64,000 bases of DNA from Curvularia clavata (taxonomy: Eukaryota). The DNA is taken from assembly GCA_023920165.1 (NCBI GenBank), contig CP089276.1, forward strand, positions 868,001 through 932,000. The letters run 5' to 3'. The translations under genes and the position numbers were made by a program. This document shows positions 24,878 to 37,625 of this stretch, piece after piece (position 1 is the first letter of the stretch; every line of letters begins with the position of its first letter). The notes beneath the pieces were generated by a model, which had not been told where the DNA came from, ran no database searches, and saw only the letters and a program-made list of their open reading frames with translations.

Positions 24878-26304
24878 TTAAAATCTAGATTCCACCTTCT
24901 GCTCAGTGTCTTGCAATGCCCACTCACTCCTCGCCTTCTTACTTCTGACCGCATCAACCTGCTCCTTGGTGAAGCCCTTTGCGACTGTCGCAGGGTTGTA
25001 ACCTAAGCCGGTGATCTTGGCAATCTCCGCATCGGACTTATCTGTCGCTGTGCTTCCATCGGCTCTCTTGTACACCGTGCATACAACCGCACCGCCAAGG
25101 CCTAGGTTGTGCTGAAGGGCCACCTTGGTGTCCTTGACAGAGCGGTTGTTGGCCCATCCACGCAGGTGCCAGACAAGCTCAGCACATTGAGCAAGGCCCG
25201 TAGCGCCAAGGGGGTGGCCTTTAGAAATGAGACCACCAGAGGGGTTGATGACGACTTTACCTCCGTAGGTGATGCCGCCTTTGCGGATCAGCTCGTGGGC
25301 CTTGCCCTTTGGTGCGAGACCTAGAGCCTCGATGGTGACCATTTCGTTGGCTGAGAAGCAGTCATGCAGTTCGCAGACCTTGACATCATCTGGTGTTACC
25401 TTGGCCTCCTCAAGCGCTTCCTTAGCAGCCAGCTCGCTCATACTGTATCCGACTAGCTCAATGGCGCTGCGGTTGAACAGCGATGGTGTGTCGGTGGCCA
25501 GTCGCTGTCCAGCGATCAAGACAGCTTGTTGTTTGAGCTCAGGTCGCTTATCGAGAAATTCTTGTGAGACCAGGACTACAGCGGCGGCACCGTCAGAGGT
25601 CGGGCAGCACTGAAGCTTGGTGAGAGGCTCATGGATCATGGGCGCGTTCATGACCTGTTCAAGGGTATATTCGTCTTGAAACTGAGAGTAAGGGTTGTTC
25701 TTTGAATGAGCATGGTTAATGCGGCCGATTTCCGCAAAATCCCTGAGCTCAGAACCGTATCTATGTGTACCGTTAGCAAGTTGTACGGACCTTTGTCGCG
25801 GCCGTGAACTTACTTCTCCATGTGTTCCCGTCCGGCATTACCAAACATCTGCGCGGCACCAGGCGCTTTCGTGACACCCCGGGTCTCCTTCATAATCAAG
25901 CCGCTTGTACCCGTTGGATTTGCTCTGTCCTGGAAGAAAGTTTGCAGACTTCCGGGAAACATCTTCTCAAAACCAACAACTAGCACACAGTCCGCAGCTC
26001 CATGTGCGATCATATTCCGGCCCATATACAGACCGGTGGATCCCGTCGAACAGTTGTTGTTGACATTGTATATGGGAATGCCAGTCATGCCAAATTGGTA
26101 GAAGACGCGCTGGCCGCATGTCGAGTCGCCGTAGCAGTAGCATGCGACGCCTTGGTCCACGTCGTCGTAGTTGATGTGTGCATCCAGCATAGCCTTTACG
26201 CCGGCCTCAAAACCAAGCTCAGGGTAGTCAACCTTGCCACGAGGCTTGATGAACTTGGTCATGCCTACGCCGAGGACGTAGACTGGCTGCTTTTCGCGGA
26301 CCAT
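24878..26304 (-). CDS. SCP2/SCPx-type thiolase (non-specific lipid-transfer protein thiolase domain), 1 intron
   Basis: VNNNCSTGS (active Cys), ELHDCFSANE, NPSGGLISKGHPLGATG, LQHNLGLGG. Ends in PTS1-like SRF; no C-terminal SCP2 domain. Confidence 0.95.
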
Positions 26305-27317
26305 GATGGCGATTGTGGCACGTCAAGAGCTTGTGAAGGGTACGGAAGGTGATTCTTAAAAGAGCAAACGTCGCCGACGAGCAGAAAATATTTGTGTGAC
26401 CCGATCGTAGTATGTACGACGTCAAAATGTCTGTTACTCGACAGCAGCAAGACGCGCCGCGATGATATAGCACGGCGCGCGGCAGGCTATCCCCGCCTCC
26501 ACACTTAAGGCTGGGGTCTAAGATGCCGAGGTCATTTCGTTTATGGAAAGGTCGCGGTAGAGAACAGCCGACAGCAGTATGCGGGGAAAACTTGCCACTA
26601 ACATCTGAAAGAGCATCCTGACATCTGATTATCGAGTCATTTGGAAGAGATGCGAAACCAGACATGCTCGACACACGGAGTTACTATGAGTTGGACTTAT
26701 TTACTCATGATGCGCAATGCCAAGGTGAAACCCAATTCAGTTAGTCCTAAGCGGCTGACGACCTTTACGCTAAGCAATGTCCCTGGATTCTTAAGAAAAA
26801 GAAGGGGCTATCTTTACGAAGGATGAGAACCACGAGCAATTGGTTGTTAATATGTCAGATGTTTGCCCAAATAGGCACAGCAGATCATGTGATTCCTAGC
26901 TGCCTGTTTGGCTACACGCCAGGAATCTTGGACGTTTCAGTTGAACCAATACATACATTGGTCCTTGTTGGTGGTGGGGGTTGGATGGTAGGATCACAAA
27001 CCGATGATGTGATTCGACAACGTCTACCATGATTGCAGTAGCAGAGACACGTTTGTGGAAATTAGATGATTTGTTTGAAACTCAGGGCTACATAGCCACA
27101 TAACTCGATATGTTGCTTGTGGCACAGCTACTAATACATTCTCAGGGCTCGAGCTGTCAGCCTTGCTGCCTATCTCTAGCCTCTCTTTTTCCATCTCTTT
27201 CAGTGAACAATGACAGTGATATCAGCATGTTTTAGGAAGGAAGACCACCACCACCACCAATCTCTTTTTTGATAAGCAATATTGTTATCTCTTTATCCGC
27301 ATATCTAGTATTGAGCA

Positions 27318-29710
27318 ATGGCAGTTCCATTTGGATTCTCGGCGGGGGACTTTATGGCAGCGATTCACACGGTCCACAAAATCGCCACGGCCTTACGCGA
27401 AATAGACGGTGCGAGCTCAGAATTCAACCAGACCATTTGCGAACTGAATAGCATTGAGGGGTTGTTGCGGAGTGTCCAAAATGCCTATTCTGCCGATGTC
27501 GATCCTCTGCAGCTCGACCGATTGCAGATACTTGTGCACGAATGTTACATCCCGCTCGATAGATTTCTCTCCAAAATGAAAGATCTGGAACCCAGTCTCG
27601 GAAGCCGTGTTCCAAGAAGCAAGCACATTATCGACAAAGCGAAAAGGGCTGCACGAAAGGTGCAGTGGGGTCTTCAAGTGAAAAAAGAGGTGTCGGGACT
27701 TACAATTGCCATGGGACCTCGGATCAGTGCTATAAACATGCAGTTGCATCTCATCAATATGTAAGTTTTATAGGCTTTGGAGATTTACTTTGGAGAGATT
27801 TTGACTTTCTTAGCGAGTGCCAACAGAAGGCTGGGTTGTCTCAAAATGTCATTTTGAAGAGTATAAACGACCTCCCCTCTCATCTAGAAATTTTTCAGAG
27901 AAGTCTCGATATCCGAATAAATTCCCTTGCCACAATGACATCCATGGAAAATGTATCCCAGACCCTTCAGGATATGAGACTGGAAGCTAAAGAATATCAC
28001 AATCAACAGATTGGCGCCATCTCTAAGCGTCTCGATGTTCAAGCGGGTTCCCTTGATCTAAACACCTCACAGCAAGTGTTAGATGCGATCCGTTCTCTAA
28101 CCTTCAAGATTGCAGATCAGCAATCTTGGCCAAGAACAAGCACGATTCAGATCGCGGCACATCTTGACCCGGAGACGAGATCTTGCTCAATTGATCATTC
28201 AGGGACCTCATGTGGTGATCAGGGGAGAATTAAAAGAATAGAAGATGAACTATCCGACCAAAAGCAACAGCTGCAGTTGCTTACTGGGAAGTTTGGGGAA
28301 CTCCAATTATCCGGTTCTCAGCCCCAAGAGAATGGCAACATCATAGAACAAGATGTCCAAGAAACTATTCAGCATTCTATTCAGGCCCTGTTTGGCTTCT
28401 TCAGGACTCGTACAGATGCATTGTTTCTGAAGCTTTGGATCATTCTGCCGGTTGTTCAACACGTCTTCAGAAACTTGCAGGCACCTCGTCTATTTGTTTC
28501 ACTCACGATTGGAGAGAGCATAGTGTTCGAAGATGTTTTGGGTCGTGTAGTACATCTCCCATACAAAGATTTTCGTCATTACACTGTATTCATTGAACGC
28601 CTGCGATGCGAATTCGAGGGAAAGCCGGGCAAAAATGAGGTGCTTATGAATCAATTTCACATCTTCAGACACGGACAGTGTGACCAGTTTCTCACCCAGG
28701 AGAACTGGAACGTTGGTATCCGCCCTGGTTCTCGAATTGCCATGTCGATTGTTTTGGACATTCACTACGGTGGAGAGGACAAGTGTCCCAGGTGCAAAGC
28801 CACTGAAACTAATCTGGGAACGAATGGAATTCTACAATGGTATGCTCCAGCGATTATGAGTGAATCCATGCTAATCATGAGAAGCACTGCCTGCGGACTG
28901 AACTGGGCTTTGCAGAAGCTCGACCCTCCATACACATCATCCAGGAGACTTTATAGTGAAGAAGCCACATCGGACCTGCCGTTACCACAAAATATACGCA
29001 ATATGGAGGAAAACGAGCAATACAGTTCATCAGCACCCTTACCTGATTCTTCTGGCGGATCATCACATTCGGTTGACAATAAAGATATTGAAAAATTTCG
29101 CATGGTCCATGTCGAGAAAAGGGATCCCAGTGCCTATATGGATGCGACTTCCTCAATCGCTTCCTATCTGGAAACAATTGGCTTTACCCTTAAGGGATCT
29201 TTCCCCTGGAAGCCTTCCTACAAAGGCATCACGGTCAAGTCAGCACTGATGGAAGCTATGCAGAACGTACCCTCATACATGCTCGAACATGATGGACTCA
29301 TGTACATATTCTGGTGCAAAAGCTCTTCCAAAATTTTGAAGATTGGGACGACTAGGAATGTCACTCGCCTCTTCGCTGAATGCACCCGTTGTTGCGGACC
29401 GGCCTATAGATATGACCGGAAGCTATATTCTGGGGAAGAAATGAGACTCCCTTTCGCACATATTGTCGAAACGCTGGTACATATAGAGCTCAGCGATTAC
29501 CACCTGCATGTAGAATGCTGGAAACATCGTATCAAGCACTTTGGGCACTTTTATGTTTCCAAGAGTCATGCAATGAGGGTCATCCAGAAATGGAAGAGGT
29601 GGATATTGCAAGATCCATACATGCGGAACGCTGATGGCCAATGGGTGCTTAAACCGCCCTTCAAGGCTCAAGTGGCAGAAATGTGCCGACCTTTGGCAAT
29701 GGAAAACTGA
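27318..29710 (+). CDS. Multidomain hypothetical protein: fungal N-terminal HeLo-like helical domain, ubiquitin-like domain, CxxC..CxxC Zn ribbon, T5orf172/GIY-YIG-like C-terminus
   Basis: MAVPFGFSAGDF...RKVQWGL N-terminus. Introns 27761-27813 and probably 28840-28884. FEDVLGRVVHLP...W...IRPGSRIAMSIVL; GLMYIFW...LKIGTT...VETLVHIEL...VIQKWKRW. Confidence 0.75.
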
Positions 29711-30699
29711 GGTTCATCGGTCTGTGGATGGAGCAAATGGATATATTTCTTAGTAACAGGAGGCTGCATCCTGAGCATATCACTAATTCTAGGCGTTATT
29801 TCTCTACTCCATGTTGGGTATGGGTGCAGCATTGATCTACCTTCTCTCCGCTAGCAAATACACAAAAAATAAGTGACATCTTCTAGATATACGTTAAAAA
29901 TACCCAAGAAGCGATGCAATTGTATATTTGGACTTTTGAGTACACGTTGTTTTCTAATATTTCATTAAGAAGCTGAATAAGGCTGCCACTACGATTCAGT
30001 ATCTGTGTAAGCGTAGTTTCGTCGGATAACGTGTTGTTGGCGCTATCCTGGACCTGCCAAAAGAGACGCACAAAGGCCTTTGATTATCAGAGAGATGATT
30101 TTGAGTAGCCCAAGCGGTTGTTGTTTTGGAAAGGCCATATAGAGAAGTGTATTGGTGGTCCCTTTGGTCCAGGTGTCTTTCTTTGAAACAATACAACCGC
30201 ACACATGTTACACTGATGTGTTCACATGACGATTACATGAGATTGGGAGATTTTCAAGAGAGACTGAATTGCACATTTTAATTCAATACCAAATGAGGGT
30301 AATAGCCAGCGAGAGGGCTTGAGGAAAAGTGATGTTAACGTTCCGAACCACCTTCAAACACCTCCAAAACCACCGTCAACACAACACTATTCGGAGCCAT
30401 GATTGTATGCACGTACGACATGTAATGCGGAGTGACACAGGACCAGAATGTGTGATAAGATGACTCGATTATATAGTGTGCCTCCGCTGTGCTGAAAGGA
30501 GGCCGACGACAACGAGATGACTACCTCTCGTTCTTGCTGGTTGGAGGTGTTGCCATGCCTCTGCCTCTCGCTTTGTCTGAGCGCAGAAGATTCAGGCTGA
30601 TAGTCCTGATATGAGGCTTTCTTGTTCTTGTAAATGTACATGGGCGGTTGTTCGTATCGCTTTATGGCGGAGAATATGTCCTATACTCACGGCGCTTTC

Positions 30700-31347
30700 T
30701 CAACTCACATCCTCTTCTTCTGCCTCCCGTTTCCTTTCTCGCTCTTCCTCCTGCTCCTTCAAGTGCATGGCCTCGACCAACTCAGCGCCCTCCATGCCCA
30801 CCTCATCACCGGTACTACCGTCTCTTGGCTGTTTTTCACGTATCGCCTTTTGCGCCTCGACTCTTTCTCTAACCAGCTTAGCGATAGCATTATCCGTCTG
30901 CACATTGAGTCCCTTCATCTTCTGTTCCAGGTCACGCTTCAAGTCCCAGTTCGGTTTCTTAGGCTGCAGCTTAAACAGATCCAGCCCCTTGTCCTCTGCT
31001 TTCTCGGCCTCTTGTTGGGCTTTTGTCTCGAGCGCCAACTGCTCTGCCTTGTATTCTAACGTGTTGGTGGGGTCCGAAATGGGTAGGTTGTCGAAGCCAA
31101 GCTTGACATTTCGCGTTTCTGGGTCATAATTTCGGCCGGAAAGATACGTTGTTACTACCGAAGACTCTGCGCCGTCTTCGGTGCGCGTGAGGGCTTGAGA
31201 AGTCTCCGCTTGGTCTTTGGCAGGAGGCGCTTCGGGAGCCTCGGGCGCGTCTGATATTTGTTCTTGTTTTCGCTTCAGCGATTTCAACTGGGCAAGGCGC
31301 GATTTGCGGTCATTGGCTGCTGCGGACAACGTCTCGTGCGAGGACAT
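30700..31347 (-). CDS. cwf18: Pre-mRNA splicing factor Cwf18/CCDC12
   Basis: RKSRLAQLKSLKRK, RNYDPET, LDLFKLQPKKPNWDLKRDL...LNVQTDNAIAKLVRER. Confidence 0.92.
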   Translation of the reverse strand: MSSHETLSAAANDRKSRLAQLKSLKRKQEQISDAPEAPEAPPAKDQAETSQALTRTEDGAESSVVTTYLSGRNYDPETRNVKLGFDNLPISDPTNTLEYKAEQLALETKAQQEAEKAEDKGLDLFKLQPKKPNWDLKRDLEQKMKGLNVQTDNAIAKLVRERVEAQKAIREKQPRDGSTGDEVGMEGAELVEAMHLKEQEEERERKREAEEEDVS

Positions 31348-31705
31348 GATGTGTGAGCCGTTGGTTTGCGCCGGTTAGGCTGTAGGGTTTGTGAAGTAGG
31401 ATTGTACGAATTCTAATAGATAATCGAAAAGTTCTTCCAAGAGCTTCTGTCAAGTTTTGGCGAAAAATCGGACAGCGTAGTTGGCTGGCGCGGATATGGG
31501 TGCAGTTGTGGTCCCAGTCGAGGTTGTCGCGACTTTTGCGGAGAAGAGCTCGGAGGTTCAGCATGTGTAGTTCCGGGTAGCGCTTTCAACCACAGACGCA
31601 CTTTCAACTTTTACTGCCACTGACCAGCACTGGCTATATCTGCTTCACCACAGCCAATCCGTCATGGCCCGATGAACACCACCACGACAACGCCTCCATT
31701 CTCCC

Positions 31706-34700
31706 ATGCCCCGAGTCCGCGTCCCCAATGCTAGCTTCGTCGCCAGCGCGGACCTTCCTATCCTTCCGTTCCTTGCGCCGAGAGCCTTCGTCCAGTCACC
31801 TATTCCAGGAACAAACAGGCTGCGCAATGCAAGAGTCGATGCTGCACAGGAAGAAAACCATATTTTTGTTGGGTCACTTAGACAGCAGAGAAAGATAGTG
31901 GGTGCGGATGATGCTCGAGAGGCCCAGTCAGAGTCAAGGTCGACATGTTGCCAGCAGTTTAGCCAGAGGAAGAAACCTGATGCGGGGCTACTGCAAACGC
32001 ATAGTCGAGGGCAGAGGGAATTGCTTTCAGTGAACACTGTTAATTGGCTATATGCCGACATATCTACATTTGCCCGAAAGCATGCACGGTCATATGCGAC
32101 GGCTGCATCCAGTCTTCCAAGTGAGCCAACAAGAGACAGTCCTTCAAAAGACCGACGCCGTCGAGCCCCATCAAACCGGTCCCATCCAATTCTTGCTCAA
32201 AATGCGCCTTTGCTAGCTGCGAAACGATACAGGGCACTAGCTTTAGAAAGAGCGCGACTCCTCAACTACATTTCCAAACTGCCGCCCCACCTTTCAGTCG
32301 ATGAGTGGATGAAAAGGGGACGGTACAGGTCTCTTGCTCGTCGGGTGTCAAATTTGCAGTGTTGGAACGCGACACGATTAGATTTTACCAAGGCAGCCGG
32401 TCGCTCCAGGAAACCGGTCTCTCTCAATTCAGCATTTGCAGCACTCGATCGGGCTCTTTACACCTCTTTACGAAAACATACGCGAAAGATTGTTATAAAA
32501 CACGATCCGCAATGCGTACGGCTGAGCCGCAAGCTTTTTCCATCTAACACTCCTCTCGATTCGCACATGGTATGGAAAAACTGGGTTGAATTCGATGTCA
32601 ATACACGAAAATCGTACGCTTATCCATTACTCATCTACCTACTGGATCGACTGCCTGGCCTTGCGTTACGATTTATAGAGGTCATCTCTAATGATCAGCT
32701 TCTACGAGGCCAGAAGACACAGGCTATTGCGGACAGTCTTGGTCATCTCTCCAAGATTCATACCAAACGAGTGTATGGTGCTCGCCAGAAATGGGGTGTC
32801 GATCCAGTGGCCCATAGACGGCTGTTTGTTCCTGCGTTCGTAAACATATTTACCAAATCATTAGCTCGCCAACCGGAGGTCTGTTCCCAGGATCTGCTGT
32901 ACAATTTGGTAGAGCTAGCCGAAATCGACGACCTCAAGAAAGTGTTTGATTACTTGACTGAGCATCGCACGCGCATCGGATTCGATACTATGTTGCACTA
33001 TGCAAGTGCCTTTGGAGAGGCTGGCGAAGTTGAATACGCTTTGAAATGCCTTGACGAGCTCAGAATTAGATTTCACGCTGTGGCATGGAAATCGGTTGTA
33101 GAGCGGGAGAGATTACGCTGGACGTGCGCTACGATACTGCGTAAAAGCATGAGTACAAGCCATGACTTTCACCAAACCCCCTCTGTTGTCGCTGCTTTTG
33201 TACGCTTGGGGATCAAAATGGACATTCTGCTCTACAACATAGTCATGCACAATGCTATGGAAGCTGGCGATTACACCACTGCCTTCAAAGTGTATAACGC
33301 TCTGGAAAGCAATGGGCTAGAACCCGATCAGCACACGTATGCAATCCTGCTCCATGGGTGTACACTGCAAAGCAACCCGGCCATGTTCCAGAGCTTTGCA
33401 CATCATTGCGTAGAAGTAGCGCAACAAACCAAGAACCCTTGGCTGGCAACGGATTATCTGTACTACCTCTATGTGCGTCATCAGACTGATGTCGAGGTTG
33501 GGCACAGGTCTGCATTGTTGTGGGGCGCGTATTCGAAGTTGTTTTCTACGGAGCCGTTGGAGCCTTTCATCACGTCCAGAACAATGACTTCGAGTCCTGC
33601 TAAAGACGAGCAGGAGGCAGTCCTTTCGCCTCCGCCTGTAGCTTTATACGTCATGATGCAGGCAGAAATTCAGTCAGCAGCAGCTATAAGCAACCAGCGC
33701 GTCCTCAACTTATACGAGAAGTTCAAATCCGTCGCCAATGAAACCAGCAACCCAGCCTTCAAAAGCCTGATCCAAAATCCGACCATATGGAACGCCTTCC
33801 TGCTCGCCTTCAGCCAGAAGCAACAGTTTGCGAATGCATCACAGGTCATCAAGGATATGACTGAGGGTGTAACAAAGCCGAACGTATATAGCTGGAACAT
33901 CTTGATGCAGGCGTTCTTCAAGACAGGTCAGGTACAAGCGGCTGAGCGGGTCTTTGAGATTATGCGCAGCCGGGGCATTGATGCAGATCAGTTTACACAT
34001 GGCATACTGATACGAGGGTACGCCAAGGCACAGCTTATCGAGCGAATAGGCGAGACGATGCAAGACCTCGAGACAGATCAAGAGTTGGAACCCGATCTGT
34101 TACGGGCCTTGGCTGCTGTGGTCAATCGACGGCAGCTCATGCTTACATTGGAGAAGGCCCGGATCTACAAGGAGGTGAGAGCGAGAGACAAGGCAGACAA
34201 AGAGGCAAAAGAGGAGCGGATGAGATGGCAGCCGCCACAATTTGAGCCTGCAGGTGCCGACGCAGGGTCTGGTGCGACGGCCACAGCGTATGCTGAAGTT
34301 CCGAACACAATTCCAAACGTCCCAGGCATTGCTCCTAAGCAAGAGACTGAGGATGTGGATATCTACGGCTTCCTCAGAGACGAAGCAATCGAGCCTGGAG
34401 CTGCTCTGTCCGTATCTTCTACACCAACAAGTCCCCAAGTCACCTCTGAGCCACCGTTGCAACAGCCACAAACGCCCAAAAGACACTCTAGGGCTCCTGC
34501 AGCAGATATTCGGGATCCAGAAGTCCAGTACCGAAAACTCCAAGAGCAATTGGGTCTTATTGGTCAATCGGAAGCCCCTGCTGCCGTTACTCAGCCGTCT
34601 GCACAGCGTCGGGATATAGAACCAGTTGGTGCAAGCATAGGTTTCAAGAGTTTGCTAGACGCGCGCAAGGGTAAAGTTGCGAGCACGACCAGGGTGGTGC

Positions 34701-34765
34701 CAAAGGGTCGGATCAGGTCCAAGATAAAGCGGGGGAGATTGGACCGGCCTTTCTCCGACGCTTGA
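31706..34765 (+). CDS. Pentatricopeptide-repeat (PPR) protein, probably mitochondrial
   Basis: PPR units DILLYNIVMHNAMEAGDYTTAFKVYNALESNGLEPDQHTYAILLHG and PNVYSWNILMQAFFKTGQVQAAERVFEIMRSRGIDADQFT. Divergent from cwf18 across about 360 bp. Confidence 0.9.
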   Translation: MPRVRVPNASFVASADLPILPFLAPRAFVQSPIPGTNRLRNARVDAAQEENHIFVGSLRQQRKIVGADDAREAQSESRSTCCQQFSQRKKPDAGLLQTHSRGQRELLSVNTVNWLYADISTFARKHARSYATAASSLPSEPTRDSPSKDRRRRAPSNRSHPILAQNAPLLAAKRYRALALERARLLNYISKLPPHLSVDEWMKRGRYRSLARRVSNLQCWNATRLDFTKAAGRSRKPVSLNSAFAALDRALYTSLRKHTRKIVIKHDPQCVRLSRKLFPSNTPLDSHMVWKNWVEFDVNTRKSYAYPLLIYLLDRLPGLALRFIEVISNDQLLRGQKTQAIADSLGHLSKIHTKRVYGARQKWGVDPVAHRRLFVPAFVNIFTKSLARQPEVCSQDLLYNLVELAEIDDLKKVFDYLTEHRTRIGFDTMLHYASAFGEAGEVEYALKCLDELRIRFHAVAWKSVVERERLRWTCATILRKSMSTSHDFHQTPSVVAAFVRLGIKMDILLYNIVMHNAMEAGDYTTAFKVYNALESNGLEPDQHTYAILLHGCTLQSNPAMFQSFAHHCVEVAQQTKNPWLATDYLYYLYVRHQTDVEVGHRSALLWGAYSKLFSTEPLEPFITSRTMTSSPAKDEQEAVLSPPPVALYVMMQAEIQSAAAISNQRVLNLYEKFKSVANETSNPAFKSLIQNPTIWNAFLLAFSQKQQFANASQVIKDMTEGVTKPNVYSWNILMQAFFKTGQVQAAERVFEIMRSRGIDADQFTHGILIRGYAKAQLIERIGETMQDLETDQELEPDLLRALAAVVNRRQLMLTLEKARIYKEVRARDKADKEAKEERMRWQPPQFEPAGADAGSGATATAYAEVPNTIPNVPGIAPKQETEDVDIYGFLRDEAIEPGAALSVSSTPTSPQVTSEPPLQQPQTPKRHSRAPAADIRDPEVQYRKLQEQLGLIGQSEAPAAVTQPSAQRRDIEPVGASIGFKSLLDARKGKVASTTRVVPKGRIRSKIKRGRLDRPFSDA

Positions 34766-37625
34766 ACTGCGTCGCATGCTGTTTAGCCAGATCAAGAGGA
34801 AGAGCAACCGGTGTTGTTTGTTGTACTGTGTACTATATCTGTAGTTGCATACATGTGAAAATAGATCCTTATGTTTTTTCAACGTTGAGAAAAAGAAGGT
34901 GCATTGCGTGATTGTAAAATAACATAGCAGACGGAAGACTCTTAATAGGTTTCTTAATTAGTCTTGCAGTGAAGTCCACAATGAAACGACATGGGCCATA
35001 GTCGAACGACTTTTGATACTTGCCATTGCGCAACTCGGCGCATTCAGCCGATCGGCGCGGTACATTATCCCGACCTCTTGGAGTTGGCCCTCACACCCAC
35101 ACAGCGCGAACCATGTGCTACCAAGGAGCGGAAAAGGTAGCCGTGAAGGACGCCTATTTTCCACAGCTTTGATGCAAATTACTCGTTTGAGTATACTTGG
35201 CCAGAGCTGACATGTCGCAGGCTAGCCAGAAAATAGAATATGTGTGAAGTAAAGGGATTGCGAAGGAGGGGTTGGTGGTGTGAGGTGTGGTCCCTTTTCG
35301 TCTATCATGTGTACCAACCAGGGGCGCTATACCGATGAGCACGCATATGCATTGGCAGGAAGGAAGGAAGCTTTAGTTCGGTTGTAACGGAACGAAGAGA
35401 CGCAGGGTCTAGATTGGACTTTTCCCCTCTTTCACATTGACTGGCAGTCTAGAACGTCCAAATGTGGCTGTTGCTTTTTTTTGTGCGGCAGTACAGTACT
35501 TTGGTAGCGGTGCAGCTGGGGACTTGTGCTTGTAGCCAGTCAAGACCCCTTTTCGTGGGTGGTGGCTGCGCTCGTCGGCCCATGTGCACCTGCATACACG
35601 TGAGAGCGTTGCGCAACGCGACGACCCCCAGTAAGAAAAAGCTACCGGTTATTTAGGAAAAAGAAAAGAAGGGGTAAAAAGAAAAGAGGAGCATAAAGAG
35701 GGAGAAATACCAAGACTCATGGGGGCAGTGTTCCCAGCCAGAATGGTGGGTGCGTGTCACTCCAAGTGATTTAGTGGTCGGGAAGTGTATCCGCAATTTT
35801 TACCTGGAATCTACACCTGCTTACTGCAATTGCCTTGTTCGGAATCCCAAGACGACGAGAAGGATGCGAGTCAGTGTTGGAGTCGTTTGTGTTTGGATGG
35901 ATGCAAGTCCGCATGGTTGACGCCACGTCAGGTTAGCTATGAGCGGGTCGGCCAGATTCTCCGTAATTTAGAGTTGTGGAGAGCATGGATGGATGGGAGA
36001 AAGGGACAGAGTTGTGCTGGCGGATGCAACTTGGAGGGTCTAGATGCGGCCTTGTGGAAGATGGTATTGTCGATAGAGCGCTCTGTGGTTGTATGTCTGG
36101 AGTAATTGATCTCTGGCCCAGACGACACAGATACAGCCAGCGGTCGGTAGAAAGGAACGACATCCGTCGGACCGAGATATAGGCATTGACATCGCAATAC
36201 TTTGAGTCTATATGGAGAGAGCAGCTGCAATGCGTAAGCTGTTCTGACGCTTAATTATCTTGTAAGCTTTGGAGCCAGACATGATTTGCTCTGTGTATTT
36301 TGTACCTTATCGATGTAGATAAGGAGCTTCAATGCGAGCCAAATAGGTGGGTTCGGGAAGAGCTTCGGTACCCCAGTTACACGCCACGGACTTGGCTCCA
36401 GACAGTCCAACGCTGGATTCTTAGAGCCTGGGTTGGCAAAGGCTTACTGCTATATTTCTTTTCTGTTTTCTTAGCCTTTGGTTTACCTGCAGCGATTAGC
36501 ACTTCCAGAATATCTCCCAAAAAGGGCAGGTCGCCCCCAAGCCTGCTAAAAATCGAAAATCAAAAAAAGATAATGAATTTACAGTCAAAGTAGCTTACGG
36601 ATGCACAGCTGCTGAACAGGCGCTAGATCTCCAATGCTGTTCCACTTGCATCGGGACAACACTGAATCCTGTACAGATCCAGGGAAGCAAAGTTTCTCGG
36701 AAGAGGTTCTGACGTCGGCAGCTGTTTCCCGAACATCTTGAATCCGAAATTCGGGGAAACCCCCATACAGAAGCTGCACCGAAGACGCGTAGAAGAGCAA
36801 AAAAACTGGGACTTGTCCCATGGGCCACCATCTCCACAGCTATTCGTCTAGATAGAGGGTATTTCAAAGCAAGAGTTTCCACTTCGGACGAATCTTGCAC
36901 TCCGAAGATAATGACCATCTGCCATACCGAGGGCTGAAGACCGCGAAAAGCATCACCGCTTGCACGCGCCAAGCCTGAAATACCTGTCAGATCGATGTCA
37001 TTCAGCGCGCTATAGTGTCTGATCGCTCCCATGGCGTTCCGAACTTCAACGCCTCCAACGGCGTACTACCCCACATACCCAAGCGCAGACTTGCAAAATG
37101 ACGTTGGGTCTGCCTTGACGTCGGTCCTGTATCACGAGGGCGAGGGCCCCAAGCCGCAGAGGCTCAAAGATTGGCACCGACAAGGCCCCGGCAGCCAATG
37201 GGAAACCAACCCTCGTCACATAGCTTAGCCATGTCAAGCATTTTTATTCGCCAGACAGGGAGACTGCGGTCCGAATCGCAGAGCCGTTTTAGTCAGGATG
37301 GACGCATCATTGCGAACCATGACGTCGATTCGCGACTACAAGCCTCAGCGCTCGCCTTCTTGTGGACTCTTTTTTTCGCTAATCCCCATACAACATGGCG
37401 ATCTGCTGGGGGAGGGGGGGTTTACGCGATGGCCATACACCGGTGGACTCACGGCGAAGCATGCAGATATGACGGCATCGAGCGGTGCAAGCGGAAGCTG
37501 TAACGAACATGGGGTCGCTGCTTTATATGTAGTTGGAGACGGCTGAATTGCACTGGTTTCTTTTTCATTCTGCACATTGCTGCAAGATTGAATAGCAGCG
37601 ACTCCCATTTCAAAACACATCGACA

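Noticed and set aside
26500..30600. Possible transposon or RIP relic in the AT-richer stretch
   Set aside because: No terminal repeats, transposase or RT motifs, or stop-riddled frames were seen; the long ORF is intact.
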